The notes below the pieces were generated by a model. The model was not told the origin of the DNA. It was given only the letters and a program-made list of their open reading frames with translations, and did no database searches. Both the position numbers and the translations under genes were made by a program. A DNA stretch of 64,000 nucleotides from the NCBI GenBank assembly GCA_951406725.2, contig OX597815.1, positions 160,580,001 to 160,644,000 on the forward strand, given 5' to 3'. Each line of letters begins with the position of its first letter. Position 1 is the first letter of the stretch. Of the stretch, positions 1 to 14,465 are shown in pieces. This DNA comes from Octopus vulgaris (Eukaryota).

Positions 1-183
1 TGTATGCATGTATGTTTGTATGTATGTATGTATGTATGTATAAACATGCATACATATGCATGCAAATATGAAAATATTCATTCAAGCAAAATTACTCTGA
101 CAATTCAGAATGTGTAGCTTCAAAGTCACTGGCAATAGAATTATAGAAAACATTTTAGTTTTCATTTTAGCTTACATACACAT

Positions 184-253
<70 letters not shown>

Positions 254-254
254 T

Positions 255-496
255 ATGCGCCCTTTTAAAGCCTAGCCAGGCTCATGGGCCCGGTTTCCCA
301 CTTTTCATGGTGTTTGTGTTCCCCAGCTGGATGGGACGCCAATCCATCGCAGCGTTACTCATTTTCGCCAGCTGAGTGGACTGGAGCAATGTGAAATGAA
401 GTGTTTTGCTCAAGAACACAACGCGTCACCTGGTCCAGGAATCGAAACCACAATCTTACGATCATGATGCTGACACCCTAGCCACTAAGCCACATG
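255..496 (-). mobile_element. tRNA-derived SINE with CORE-like central domain
   Basis: Minus strand: A-box TGGCTTAGTGG, B-box GGTTTCGATTCC, then GTTGTGTTCTTGAGCAAAACACTT and GCGATGGATTGGCGTCCCATCCAG; ends in (AT)/(ATT)n tail. Confidence 0.85.
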
Positions 497-959
497 TCTC
501 CACACACACACACACACAAACATACATACACACATGCACATACACACACACACACATGCACACATATTATCATCAGTTTAATGCCCCCGTTTCCATGCTT
601 GCACCAGTCGGACAGTTTGTTGAGGCAGATTTTCTATGGACATATACTCTTCCTGTCACCAATCTTCATCTGTCTCCAAGTGTGGTAATACATACATACA
701 TATACATGTGTGTGTGTGTGTGTGTGTGTGATCATACTCATGTAATATTCACTTTCCCATGCATGCATGAGTCAGATAAAACTTGTGAAGGCAAATTTTC
801 TATGACCAGATGCTACTCCTGTCACAACTCAACATCTGTTTCGAGGAGCGGTAATACTATCCCATAGCCATACATATTTGCACAGGAGATTGGAAATGAA
901 AGACACTGCTTGTATGACAGTGACATTTATCTATAACTGTTGCATGATGTCAAGATATA

Positions 960-1335
960 ATAATATAAATAATAATAATGAAATTATTATATACAGTGCT
1001 CAGGTGCACCACAACTTGTCAGAAAGTGCGTATAAAGTATATGCAGTAATGTACAAATGTCTGGAAACCGAACAATGTATGAGTCAGATACATGCTTGTG
1101 TGTGTATGGAGGGAAGAAAATCAGGTGTAGTGTTGGCGAATCTCAGAAAGCATGGAAGTTTTGAAGGATGTAGTGCTCTGACAACTAACAATGATGCTGG
1201 CAGTTTGTTCCATACTTCAGCAACTCTTAGCATGAAGAAATGCTTCCGAAAGTCATGGGAGCTGTGCTGTTTTCTGACTTTGTAAATATGTCCACGGGTG
1301 TTAGACGGGTGGAGTTTGAAAAGGATGAAGATGCA
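960..1335 (-). mobile_element. CR1/L2-type LINE 3' end fragment
   Basis: Minus ORF has NTRGHIYK...RKHFFMLRVAEVWNKLP, the typical CR1 ORF2 C-terminus, followed by 3'UTR and (ATT)n tail. Confidence 0.8.
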
Positions 1336-4111
1336 TTGCAAACACACACACGCACATACACACACATACGAATATGCATAAAAAAACATATATGTATAGC
1401 TATGTTGGTATATGTATGCATATATACATACATATACATATGTGATAGGCTTCTTTCAGTTTCCCTTTACCACATCTACTTACAAGGATTTGATTGGCAT
1501 GGGTACATTGTAAAGGACACATGACCATATTGCCATACATTAGGATGGAACCCAAACTTACAGCTTTTTGACTTCAGTTATTTCACTCTTCGAGAGAGTG
1601 AGATTATATGAAAGCAACAATAAACACTAATCAATGAACAGTAATCCTGCAAAATTAATGCCAGATATTCTTAAACAACCACAATAAATATACGTACATT
1701 CTTTTGGAAGCAGACAAGAATAAAATATATGAACCAAATAGACATGCCAAAATTCATGCAACATGAAGACATTTATCTCCATGTATTTTTTTTCTTTGTC
1801 TGAGTATTCATAAACACTGCTACATGTGGAGCATGTGATTTAGTTTGGATTCATGTGTTTTATGAAAATAAAGATATGTTATTTTTATGTAGTAAAGCAT
1901 TAAGTTTTCAAACTTGTTTTTATACCATTCAGAAATATATTTACATACTGACTTGTGATACATTAGAAGTTAAATGTTAAAACCATGGGATAAAAATCAC
2001 TTGATATATGAAGCAATAGGATGATACAATTCTCAAGACAAAATAAAATACAAAAGAACATCAACTGTTTAATACAGAAGTTATATGAAAAATAAATCAG
2101 AAAAAGTCTGCCATACATAATATTACAAGTTCTAAGCATCAGAATTATAATTTACGATTACAGATCTCTAGATTACAGGTTTTCAGATTGTTTTATTTCT
2201 TTCAAATACAATTTCATATTTTTATATTTTGTTTTGCTTTAGTAACTTTTTGTAATATTCTTTGTTTATAATGAATTTAGTCAGCTTCTTTCTTTAATGA
2301 ATTTATGCTTCCATAGTTTTTCAGAAGTTTGCTCAAATCATCATCGTCGTCGTCGTCGTCGTCATCATCATTATCATCATCTTTTAATGTTTGTCTTCCA
2401 AGCTGGTATGGCAAGATGATTCAAAAGAATCCAACAGATCGGAGAACTATCATGCTCCAGTGTTTGATTTAGTGTAATTTCTATGGCTTGATGCTCTATC
2501 TAATGCTAAACACTTTATAGAGTGTACAGAATGCCTTTTTTCTAGTGAGTTGCCTGTCACTCACAAAACTAAGATCCCCTTTAACTGAATAGCAACTACA
2601 GTAGAGAGAAAAGTAGCTCTAAGCTAGGTGATGTGAAGTCAAAATATGATAGAAGCTGGAACAGCTTTCTTGCTGTAAAGGAAATACATACATAGCTGTT
2701 TACATAATATAAAAATGGTAGGAGTAATCAGGGTGGAGCAGAAAAGAAATAAAAATGGAGCTAACAAAGTGTCAGAGTGAGCCATCAAGACATAAGAAGG
2801 TGAATAGAAGTGAGAGACAACAAAAGAATGGGAAGGATGGGTATGGGGAGAGTGAGGGATGCTTAGAGGATAAGTAGAGGTAGAGGAGAATATAATGAAT
2901 ACTGAGCAAGAGTGGAAAGGTGGTTGATGATAAATATGAGTTGGAAGGAGGTAAGGGAGAGTAGGTGATGGCTGGCAGTACAGAAAGTAGTGAGCAGCAG
3001 CAGAGTAATAATAATACTAAACATCCCTTGTACAATAAACACAAATTCTGAAATCATGGAGACTGAGTTAGCCAATTACATCAACTCCAGTACTCAACTG
3101 GTACTTTATTTTATCAATACCGATAGGATGAAAGGCAAAGTCAAACTCACTGGCATTTGAACACAGAATAAAAGGTCAGAAGAAATGCTGCTAAGTATTT
3201 TGCTAGGTATAGTAGATAAGAGAATGGTGAAGGACAAGTAGATGGTATGTGGGTGATAGACAACATGAGTATCTGAGGAGAGAAAGATTTAAGGTGTGGT
3301 GAGAGTAAGGAATATATGTTGGTAGAGGCAAGTCAACTGGAAGTGGTTCAGTGAGAGAGAGAGAGAGAGAGAGCTAATTCAATTGCATAAAAGTGCAGTC
3401 AAATTAAGGCATTACTCACTGTAGTTCTTATTCAATAATTTTCAGAATTTCCTGATAATTTTGTTCTATAAAATATATAAACCAAATATATTTCACTTAT
3501 CTTAGTTTATGTTATTCACAAATCCCAAAAGCTTAAACACTGCTAAACTCATACCTTTTAGTTCAATCTTTATCACCTCATATCTCACATATTTTATCAA
3601 CTTATCAATACTTTTCTCATACTCTATTATCATTTCAGAACATTTTGGATGTGGCATCTAAATGTTTAATTTTAGATACAATGTTGTACTCTTAAATATG
3701 ACTTATTGCACCAATAAGATTTCAAAACTGAGTTATGTTAATAAGAAAAACACAACATATTTTGCTTTCACCATGTTTGGCTTTTGTTAAATTAACCATT
3801 TTTTTTTTTTTGCTGAATAAATACACATTCTAGCTTATTGTTTTCTTCTTAGATTCAAGTAATTATATTTGATTACCACATTTCTTGCTTCACTCTATTT
3901 TCTTGTAAATGTTATTGTCTCCAATGATTTAAGCAGATGGGTAATGAGAATGTATTATTCTGAAAGGTTTGTTGTGATGAACTGGCCAAGTGGGGTTAGA
4001 AGGTTACAAAATAGTGTTGATATATATGTGTGTGAGTGTGTGTTTGTTTGTGTGTGTGTATTTGTATGTATATATATCAAAATGTAACTACATGTTAATT
4101 ACACTTTTACA

Positions 4112-4322
4112 CTTTTACTTGTTTCAGTCATTTGACTGTGGCCATGCTGGAGCACCACCTTTAGTCAACCAAATTGACTCCAGGACTTATTCTTTGTAAC
4201 CGTAGTACTTATTCTATCGGTGTCTTTTGCTGAACCACTAAGTTACGGGGACGTAAACACACCTGCATCAGTCATCAAGCAATGTTGGGGGGACAAACAC
4301 AGACACTCAAATGTATACACAC

Positions 4323-4355
<33 letters not shown>

Positions 4356-4515
4356 CATATATTGACAGGCTTCTTTCAGTTTCCGTCTACCAAATTCACT
4401 CCCATGGTTTTGGCCGACCCAAGGGCATAGTAGAAGACACTTGCCCAAGGTGTCCCGCAGTTGGACTGAACCTGGAACCATGTGGTTCGTAAGCAAGCTA
4501 CTTACCACACTGCCA
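4112..4515 (-). mobile_element. Abundant tRNA/CORE SINE (family A) with internal (TA/CA)n
   Basis: Matches copies at 5722, 14208, 28190, 45858, 49476; B-box-like GGTTCAGTCC and CACCTTGGGCAAGTGTCTT on minus. Confidence 0.85.
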
Positions 4516-4554
4516 CTTTTTTCCTCCATCTTCCTTTTCTCTTCGACTTTCCTC

Positions 4555-4772
4555 TGTCCCCTGTTTCTGGAGGGAAACACAATTCTTCAGGATGATAATA
4601 CACCAATTCACACAGCTAAAGTTGTTGCTGAATGGTACGAGGAACATTCTAGTGAAGTTGAACATCTTATCTGGCCACCACAGTCCCTAGATCTCAATAT
4701 TATTGAACATTTATGGTGCATTTTAGAAAAACAAGTAAGGAGTCAATATCCTCTGCCATCATCACTACAAAT
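4555..4772 (+). pseudogene. Tc1-like DDE transposase fragment
   Basis: LQDDNTPIHTAKVV...WPPQSLDLNIIEHLW matches Tc1 motifs QDNAPxH and WPxxSPDLNPIEHLW. Confidence 0.85.
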
Positions 4773-4830
4773 TGGAGACTGTTTAATTTTCCATTTTCTT
4801 TCATTCTCTCCCCATTTTTTCCTCTTAATC

Positions 4831-4866
4831 CTTTCTGTCGAAGAGCATAGACTCCAAATGTGAAAG
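4831..4866 (+). ncRNA. Degenerate minimal hammerhead motif in a Penelope-like pLTR remnant (about 4775-4960)
   Basis: cttt-CTGTCGA-a-gagc..actc-CAAA-tg-TG-aaag: same layout as the 45699 motif but core mutated; probably inactive. Confidence 0.45.
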
Positions 4867-5721
4867 ACTTTTCCATTCTTCGCAAGTGTTAAATTAATAC
4901 ACCTGCATGTTGTTACTACACCTGGCTTCGTCTTTCATTTTCTGTAAATTTGAACTATATATATATATATATATATGGGGTAAACTATTAATACCCTTCT
5001 ACGTCTGTCTATCCATTTTACTACTTTTTGTTCCATTTATAAACATGTTAATTTACGATTATTTAATGAAAACTGATTGTAGACCAAGCAGAAGCAAGAT
5101 ATTGATTGAATATATCATATAGACATTACAAAATAATGTTCTAGTATTTTCTTATGTTGTGTCTACTAGAGTACTCTTCAATTTGTCAGCAGTAGTGTAA
5201 CATCTGTTTTTCTAAATCCATGAATTGTTCAGAAGTTTCTGAGATAGATCTTGCTCCTGAGCTGAAATGCATTCAAAAAAGTCTTGAGGTATTTTAGAAA
5301 TAGCTTTTGAGATACAGATTTCAGGTGTATACCTTTTCCCTTTTGCTTTTTACTAGTTTTGGTCATAGGATGGCTGCCTTGAAAAGTTTAGTTGGACAAA
5401 TTGACCTCAGTACTAAATTTTGAAGGCTTGTAATTATTCTGTTAGTCTCTTTTAATAAATTGCTAAGTTACAGGGAAGGAGACAATCTTACTTTAATTGG
5501 TCAAGTGGTGGCAATGAGGGGACGAATACAAACACTCACAAATGTGTATGTAAATGCAGGTACACATACTTGATGAGCTTTCTCACAGTTTCTCTCTATC
5601 AAATTCATTCACAAAGCTTTGATCACCTCAGGGATATTGTAGAAAACATTTGCCCAAAGTGCTGTGCGGAGGGACTGAATCCAAAACCATGTTGGTGGCA
5701 TTGTGAGCTTCTTAACTCTCT

Positions 5722-5937
5722 CTCTTTTACTCTTATAATTGTTTCAGTCATTTGACTGTGGCCATGCAGGAGCACTGCCTTCAGTCGACCAGACCGACCC
5801 CAAGACTTATTCTTTGTAAACCTAGTACTTATTCTATTGATGTCTTTTGCCAAACCACTAAGTTACAGAGACGTAAACACACCAGCATCGGTTGTCAAGC
5901 GATGTTGGGGGGACAAACACAGACACACAAACATATG

Positions 5938-5969
<32 letters not shown>

Positions 5970-6140
5970 CATATATACGACGAGCTTCTTTCAGTTTCTG
6001 TCTACCAAATCCACTCACAAGGCTTTGGTTGGCCTGAGGATATAGTAGAAGACACTTGCCCAAGGTGCCACACAGTGGGACTGAACCTGGAACCATGTGG
6101 TTGGTAAGCAAGCCACTTACCACACAGCCACTCCTACGCC
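5722..6140 (-). mobile_element. SINE family A, near full length
   Basis: Minus head GGCGTAGGAGTGGCTGTGTGGTAAG (A-box) ... GGTTCAGTCCC (B-box), CORE-like segment, shared 3' body. Confidence 0.9.
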
Positions 6141-6374
6141 TATACAGCTATACCTATGCTAGGTTTTATTTTCCTTTGTTTTTGTAACCAGAAGTAAACA
6201 ACTACATTGATTTAGTTAATTAATGCTTTTTACGAATCCCATGGATTTATAGTGGTGGCACCAATCCTAATTACCTTGGAGGTGGGTGACTGAAAAACAA
6301 ATCTCTGGATAGGACTCAAATTAATCTCAGGTTACATTTCAGAATCAACAGAGAATCTATTTGGCAGAGTCTGA

Positions 6375-6845
6375 CAAAATAATTCTTTCTAATTCTGTCA
6401 CAAAGACAGCAGTTGTGAGGGGAGGGGGCAAGTTGACTACATTGACCCCAGTACTTGAGTGGTACTTTATTTTATCAACTAGAAAAGGCTGAAAAGTAGG
6501 ACTGACCGGGGCAGGATTTGAACCCAGAACATACAGAGTTATCAGAAATGCTGCTAAGCAGTTTGTCCAATGTATGAACAATTCTGCCAGCTCACCACCT
6601 TTGAGCTTGATAAAATAATCATTTCTACTTTAGGTATAAAGTCTGAAATTTGGTAGGTGGGTGGGGTAAGGGAGTAGCTGATTACATTGAGCCCAGTGGT
6701 CAACTGATATTTATATCATTGACCCCCAAAAGGATGAAAGACAAAGTTAACCTTGGTGGAACTTGAGCTCAAAATGTAAAAGATGGATGAAATGCTGCTA
6801 AAAATCTTGTCTGATGTGCTAACAATTTTTCCAGCTTGCCACCTT
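6375..6845 (-). mobile_element. Two tandem Nin-domain SINE copies (family B)
   Basis: Reverse complement of GACTTTGCCTTTCATCC..GTCGATAAAATAAGTACCAG-type block, twice. Confidence 0.75.
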
Positions 6846-7640
6846 AGAGCTTGGGGAAATAACATAATTTACAATTAAGTGTTTTGTCAAATATAAAGAT
6901 TAGTCTGATTTGAAGTGGATTTGAAGTCATAACTCTTAACCAGCTGAAGATTATTGGAAGTTTTTAAATGATTTTTCTAATGAGAACTTAGCCTGATGTT
7001 GCAGCGTTTTAGTGCTTTGATAACATATGTTTAGAGTTGTTGTTACTGACACACATTTATTCTTATATATATTTTTATATCTGTTATATTTTCTGAGACT
7101 CGACAGTTAAAGCTGTTGAAATATTTTCTCTATTTTCTCATAAGTAGAACCATTTCTTGCAGAGAAGCACAGAATTCAATAAAGCAGGGGATAAATGTGA
7201 TAAATATGTTAATTTGATATCCTTTTAATTAATATCTCTATGCAGCTGTTTTAGTCATTATTGAATCAAACAAAAATAAAATAATTCATCAACAATCAAA
7301 AATAAATTAGGTAATTATTTACATAAAATTTCTTCACTTGAAAAGTTATTTGGTTATCAAAGACATTGCTTAATTTATTACAACATTTTTTCTTCTTGTT
7401 CTTGTTGTTTACAGCTCTATGGCACTGATTGTGTACGTCTGCGTAGTTGAAATATAGGCATCAATTTTAATTTACAGTTTAAAAACATGTGTCTACACCA
7501 AATTTTATTTCTATTGAACATAATTGAATATATTTCAGTAATTTCAAGCATGCTGATTTAAAGCAACCTATTTACCTATCATTCTATAATTATGTTAAGG
7601 TTTTCTATACATACATACATACATACATGTATCTATGTGC

Positions 7641-7677
<37 letters not shown>

Positions 7678-7715
7678 CATATACATACATACAGGTGTTG
7701 AATGATGATGATGAT

Positions 7716-7748
<33 letters not shown>

Positions 7749-7816
7749 TATGTATATGCATATGTATATATCTATATATATATATGTATACATATATATA
7801 TATATGTATATATATA

Positions 7817-8409
7817 CAGAGTGCGATGGGTAAATTGTCGCCATTTTATATTTTTAATTTCGCACATGCGACGCTATGCCTATATTTATCTTCCCACATG
7901 GCCTCACACTCAACACAGAGGCATACATCAGGTGCCTGGAGGAGGCAGTGCTGCCTTGGGTCAAGAAGGTGGCTGCTGGAAGATCCTATGTCTGGCAACA
8001 GGTCTCTGTCCCATACAACACAAGTAGGAGAATCCAGTGATGGTTGTCAGACAATTTCTGCGACCACATCACCCCTAACATCTGGCCACCTAACTCCCTA
8101 TACTGCAACACCCGTGATTATTATGCGTGGGACATAGTTGAGCAAGAGACCAACAAAACTCCTTGTAACACCAAAGATGAACTGAAGGCAAGGATTACGG
8201 TAGCATTCACCAACTTAAACAGGGAGACCGTCCAGAAGAGTTGCAGGAGATTCCAAAGTCATCTGGAGGCTGTGGTCGAAGCTAATGATGATTTTATTAA
8301 ATAAATTTCAAGATATCATCATGTAATTTTGGTAAATATATCTGTTAAAATGATTTGTCAGTGTTATTTTCATTTTTGCATAATTTAAACAATTTATTCA
8401 CCACACTCT
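7817..8409 (+). mobile_element. Internally deleted Tc1/mariner-superfamily (maT/DD37D-like) element
   Basis: Imperfect TIRs CAGAGTGCGATGGGTAAATTG / CAATTTATTCACCACACTCT; ORF IWPPNSLYCNTRDYYAW...SCRRFQSHLEAVVEANDDFIK. Confidence 0.8.
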
Positions 8410-8475
8410 CTCTCTAAATATATGTATGCATACATGCATACACACATACTTATCTATATATGTATATATGTATGA

Positions 8476-8670
8476 AGGTGGCGAGCTGGCAGAAACGTTA
8501 GCATGCTGGGCGAAATGTGTAGCCGTATTTCATCCGCCGTTACGTTCTGAGTTCAAATTCCGCCAAGGTTGACTTTGCCTTTCATCCTTCTGGGGTCGAT
8601 GTAATCGACTTAATCCGTTTGTCCTTGTTTGTCTCCTCTGTGTTTAGCCCTTTGTGGGTAGTAAAGAAAT
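8476..8670 (+). mobile_element. Nin-domain SINE (family B)
   Basis: GGTGGCGAGCTGGCAGAAACGTTAGC...GAGTTCAAATTCCGCC...GACTTTGCCTTTCATCC; closely matches the 61908 copy. Confidence 0.85.
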
Positions 8671-8710
8671 ATATATATGTATATATGTATGTATGCAGAT
8701 ATGCTTGTGA

Positions 8711-8747
<37 letters not shown>

Positions 8748-9469
8748 CATACATACATACACACATACATTTATATATATATACCCACATATGTGTGTGA
8801 GTGTGTTCTATATGCATATCAGTTATTATTAGTTCATACATTGTATACCATGTCAAGACTTTAAATCGTCATTGTATATCAATTCCACTGAGGACATTTC
8901 CAGAGAAATTTTTAGTTGTCTTGCATTTTACAATTAGTCACACCTAATTTGATGGTGCTATATTCAAAAATGCCCTCAGAGGTTTTTCTCACATCGAAAT
9001 TTTGGTTGAACAGAAATTCATTTTTTTTAATAAATAAATGCCAATTTTCTTGTCTTGCTTAAAAGCATAACACTGAATGAGAATTGTCAACTCAAGTCAA
9101 ATACAACAAACTACTCCAAATCCTTGTTAGAGCATCAGCAAAAGTGGAACCAGAATAGACTAGTTTGTGCTGGTATCAAGTTGTATAAATTGTAAAACTG
9201 AAGTCAAACCAAATAGTAATATTTTGATAGCATGTGCTACATATGTTTCAGAAGGTGGCAAGCTAGCAGAAACATTAGCACACCAGGCAAAATTCTTAGC
9301 AGTATTTCTTCTGTCTTTACAATCTGAGTTCAAATTCTGCTGAGGTTAGCTTTGTCTTTTATCCTTTTGGGGTCAAAAAATTAAGTACCAGCTGTGTACT
9401 GGGGTTGATCTAATAATTTCAGGCCATACGCCTATAGCAGGAAAGAATACATATGTTTCAGATCTACAT

Positions 9470-9900
9470 ATCATAATCATCATTATTGCTTAACGTCTAC
9501 CTTCCATGCTGGCATGGGTTGGATGGTTTGACAGGAGCCTGCACCAGACTTCTGTGTTTGTTTTGGCAGTGATTTTATGCAGAGTGGACTGAGTGCTTTT
9601 TATGTGGCATGAGCACAAGTGAGGTTGATTTTGGTATGGTTTTTACAGCTGGATGCCCTTCCAAATGCCAACCATTTTACAGTGTGGACTGGATGCTTTT
9701 AAGTGACATCAACACTGGCAAGGTCACCAAGTAACTTGCAAGACAAAGATCCTTTGAGAGGGATGGGAGCATTGGAGGAGGTGATCCTGTGTCAGATGAT
9801 GAAAGGTTATATAGTAAGTTAGAGAGGTAGAAACAGGTGTCTTGCTGTAGAGGAGGTACATGGTTACCTGACCAGAAAGAGAGAGAGAGTGACCAAGAAT
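9470..9900 (-). mobile_element. RTE-family 3' UTR/tail fragment
   Basis: (CAT)n tail plus TTCCATGCTGGCATGGGTTGGA...CAGCTGGATGCCCTTCC shared with the RTE copies at 22410 and 27000. Confidence 0.7.
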
Positions 9901-10060
9901 GAGGACAGAAACTGGTATGGTGTTGCAAAGGAGAAACATAATATATAAAAAAATAAATATTCTATTTTTTGGTGGATAATTAATGTCATTATGGGAATGA
10001 TTATAAAATTTAGTTATGCAGTGAAAGAGAAAAAATAACGAATTCACCTGGCTTTGATTA

Positions 10061-10145
10061 ACTGTAGATGCGTTTCAGAGTTAGATAGATGTGAAAAATG
10101 CAAAAACCACATTTCCACTCTATCATTCTCGCTCTTCAGTACAGT
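10061..10145 (-). ncRNA. Type I hammerhead ribozyme
   Basis: Minus: ACUGUA-CUGAAGA-long stem II-GAAA-CGCA-UC/UACAGU; perfect 6-bp stem I. Confidence 0.8.
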
Positions 10146-10321
10146 ATTTCAAGATTTTTAATTTCTCTTAGCCTACGTGGGTTGTTGAGCATTGTTGTCT
10201 AGGAGATTTTCTTACGGCAGAGAAATAACGAGTTTTAACTGCTATTTCTAAATTTCGGTATGTGGTGAAGCAATATTTTTGTTGAAACCTAATTATAATT
10301 ATACTCATAATTATAAAAATG

Positions 10322-10328
10322 TAGATAA

Positions 10329-10403
<75 letters not shown>

Positions 10404-10417
10404 TAGACAGATAGATA
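10322..10417. repeat. (GATA)n microsatellite
   Basis: Direct reading. Confidence 0.95.
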
Positions 10418-10525
10418 TACAAGAGAGTGCTGAAAAGTTCCTGGCCTTAAGGGTATCACAAAAGACCCAACCTTCTGAGTTCTTTTACCGGGTTTAGAAA
10501 AGCTGCAGGACTACTGCAATATGTG
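10418..10525 (+). mobile_element. Mariner-like terminal fragment
   Basis: TACAAGAGAGTGCTGAAAAGTTC resembles mariner TIR starts (TA + CRAGGG..GAAAAGT). Confidence 0.5.
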
Positions 10526-13500
10526 TGTGTTTGTGTGTATTATTGTAGGTGTTCATGCATTTTTCTTATGATATATATGAGATAATATGCAATTTATATA
10601 AAAAATTATCAGACTCACACCCTATTATTTTATTAGTGTGTGTGTGTGCTTATTTCAAGAAAAGTTTCCTAACCACCACTACTACAGCTCATAAATTTTG
10701 GGTGTTATGTTAAAATGTCTATAACAGTAATAGAGTTAGCATATTTAAAGACCTTTGTAATAAGTCTCCTCCTATATATAATGAAAAATTAATATCTGAT
10801 ATATTTAGTGAGCCACAAATTAAAGAACTAATGAAAAATGTCATTTCTGCAAACACTAAGTTTGAATTTAAATTAGAAGATTGGGCAGAATATATATCTC
10901 TTATTCTAAAGATTCTTGGAAACGTCAATGCCCACATATTACAAAATGCTTGTTGAAATTATGATAGCTTTTATTAAATTGGACAATGGAGGAAGTTTGC
11001 TAAAGTATATCTTATATTTTTTCATTTTGATTCTTTTCCTCAAAGCTAAGGTTACTACGGTGAAGTCCAAAGTAATGATATTATACAAATACAGGAGAAA
11101 TACTAAGACATGTGAAAAACAAGAGAAATATTAAGACTATTTGATTATATTTGGAGCTTGAAATAAGAATTCCATGATTAAGGTAACTATAAAAACTGAA
11201 AAAAAACCTTCACCATCATTTTAATGCCCAGTTTTCCACTTATATGGGCTTGAAGGAGTTTATTGAAGCAGATTTCCAACAACCAGAGGTCCTTGTCAGT
11301 AGCCCTCACCAATTTCTATGCAAGGTAATGTTTCCCTATGTTCTTGCAGAATAACTGGTTTCAAATTTTGGCACAAGGTCAGTAATTTTGGGGGAAGGGG
11401 TAACTCACTCACACCAACCCCAGTGCTCAACTGGTACTTATTTTATCGACCCTGAAAGGATGAAAGGCAAAGTTGACCTTGGTGAAATTTGAACTCGGAA
11501 TATAAACACGGATGAAATACCGCTAAGCATTTTGCAGAATATTAGAAACATTGTATAACAGTGCTTGTATGACAGTGACAATCATTTTGCAACAATCATG
11601 TGATGCCAGGACAGGGAGACACAAACATACACATACTCACACATATATGCATATGCATATGCATGTGCACACACGCACACATATGACAGGCTTCTTTCAA
11701 TTTTTGCCAATCAAATCCACTCACAAGGCTTTGGACAGTCTGGGATTATAGTAAAAGATACATGGTCAAGGCACCACCGAGTGGGAGTGAACTCACAAGT
11801 ATGTGGTTGGGGAGCTAACTTCTTACTGCTGTTGGTGTAAGGCCTGAAATTCATGGGGAATGGATAAGTCAATTACATCGACTCCAGTGCTTAAGTGGTA
11901 CTTATTTTATTGACCTTGAATGGATAACAGGCAAAATCGACCTTGGCAGAATTTGAACTCAGAACATACAGATGGATGAAATGCCAATAAGCATTATGCC
12001 CAGCATGATAACGATTCTGCCAGCTTGCTGCCATTTGCTACTCAGTAATAATAAAAATGTCTAACGTATATGCACACACACACCATTACATCAAATGAAA
12101 ATAATGTAAAAGATTACTATCTATAATGAATCATGTGGGGTTTTCCTTATCTCCAAAATGCAAACCTGTGTAATTAAAAAAGAAGATGCTCATTAATCAA
12201 GCAATGAAGTTACATACACCATATTCAAATGTTAATAAAAAAACATACAATAAGAAATAGTTCATATATATGAACATGCTAATTTAGACGAAAGATAAAC
12301 AGATTTGTGGTAAAATATAAGCAGTAGTTGTCATAGATATATTGGAAGATGAAGTGATCAAAATAAAATATAATAAACATAATAAAATAAAACAAAATTT
12401 AAATTTAAAATCCTTGGATCTGGATCCATGTAAACAAATACATTTCTAGTATTCCAGAATAATTCCTATGCATTGTTTTGTTTCTCCAATTAATTTTTTT
12501 AAAAATATCAAATTGAAGTATTTTAACAAAATACACCGCTTTGAAGATTTCTATTCAGGCATATATCATAGAAGAAAATTCTAACAAGACAATTAACAAT
12601 TATCTTTCATCTCATATGTGAATTAAATTTTTTACATTATCCTTAGTTTACTTTTTACCTTGTAATGATGGTGACTATTATTATTATTATTATTATTATT
12701 ATCATTATTATTATTATTATTTGCTCTATTTTATTTATTTATTTATTTTGTCTTGCATATGTGTGTGTGTGTGTGTGTCCCTCTCCACAAATGTTTAAAG
12801 TAATCTTGTGAAATTAAATTCAAAAGAATTAATCCAGGATGACTGGACTTTTATTAACAATATTCAACTAATTTAATTTACAAAGGGAAATATTAGTTTG
12901 ATATTAAGTTCAAATCAACTGAACATGTCACATTAAAAACAGTAATTATCTCTTGAAGAACAATTTCATTAAAAAAAAATATTCACAATACATAAAATGA
13001 GAAATATCCAGTAGATTCAAAGGAAGAGACCATTTTTTATTTTTATAATGTTGGAATAGCTTGTCACCATACTCACTAGTGTTGATTCCCATTTAGAGTT
13101 CCTTAATCTGTCTCAAGATTAACCCTTTTTGTTTCGATATTTTATTGAAATACTCTGCCTTTGTTTCAATTAATTTTGAAAATATGAAGAATTTTGTAAA
13201 ATAATTTTGTCATTATTAAGGTAATGTTTGGAACATGAATTTACATGAAATTTTGATGGATGATTTTAATTTGGATCAGTTTAAAAAAAAGAAAATTTGT
13301 ATCATAGAACCAGGGGATGGTTTCTGGTGAAATGCTATCAAAAGGGTGAACAAGATTTTTGTGTTGAATAAAACACAACTTGTTTTGTTATGTTGATATT
13401 CTGCTTTTTGCTTAGCTCCAAACTAGCCCTGATCAAGAAGACCTGTAATCAAAGGTGTTCCAGAGATGATTAAGCCATTTTACTTTTTTTACCCATTCAG

Positions 13501-14207
13501 TGATTACAGAATTATATTATTCCCTATTTTTTTTTTTAAGATGATACAATGTGGTTTCATGAATAATTTTTGCAGGCTGAATGGCAGTGTAGAAACTCTG
13601 TCACTGGGTCATTTTGATTTAGATTTTTTCTAAGAGATCATTAACAATTATAGACTAAATTCATGACCCAACTTAAAATTTGTTATTTTAGATAGATTGT
13701 GTTAATATCAGTGTGATGTAAAGTGAAACAACTAAAGCAAGGAAATGTAAGAATGGCATGATATTCCTGCTGTTTCATTACTTTTGTAACTATCTTAGAA
13801 ATCATTAAGCATTATTCAGCATACTTTTTTCCATATATTATCCAATACATATTTTAATGTTGCAATCTCTTGAAAGCTTTATTGGGATGTGGAATTCTAT
13901 AATGTGAAACCTTTTGACTTCTATTCTAAATTTGAGATTCTTTTCTGTAAAAGTTTTCAGAAAAAAAAAAACCCAAATGAAGAAATATCACCATTTTTAT
14001 GCATGAAAATATACATTATTGAACACATATAGTACAGTGTGTATACATAAATACATTTGAAGAGAAATACATTAAGGAATATTTATGAAGGAACTTTTCC
14101 TATTCACTTGACTGAGCACTATGTTTATCAGCATGTTACATCCAGACTGATCTTTAGTCAACACACTCAGAAGTCACTCCCTATTAAGCATCACATAAGA
14201 TCTCATT

Positions 14208-14420
14208 ACTCTTTACCCTTTTATTTGTTTCAGTCATGTGACTGTGGCCATGCTGGAGCACCGCCTTTAGTCGAGCAAATCGACCCCAGGACTTATTCAT
14301 TGTAAGCCTAGTACTTATTCTATCGTTCTCTTTTGCCGAACCGCTAAGTTACAGGGACGTAAACACACCATCTTTGGTTGTCAAGCGATGTTGGGGGGAC
14401 AAACACAAGCACACACATAC

Positions 14421-14465
<45 letters not shown>

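Noticed and set aside
10714-11170. Protein-like open stretch of about 80 codons (..KFEFKLEDWAEYISLILKILG..)
   Set aside because: Stops before and after, no splice signals or recognisable homology; needs TBLASTN
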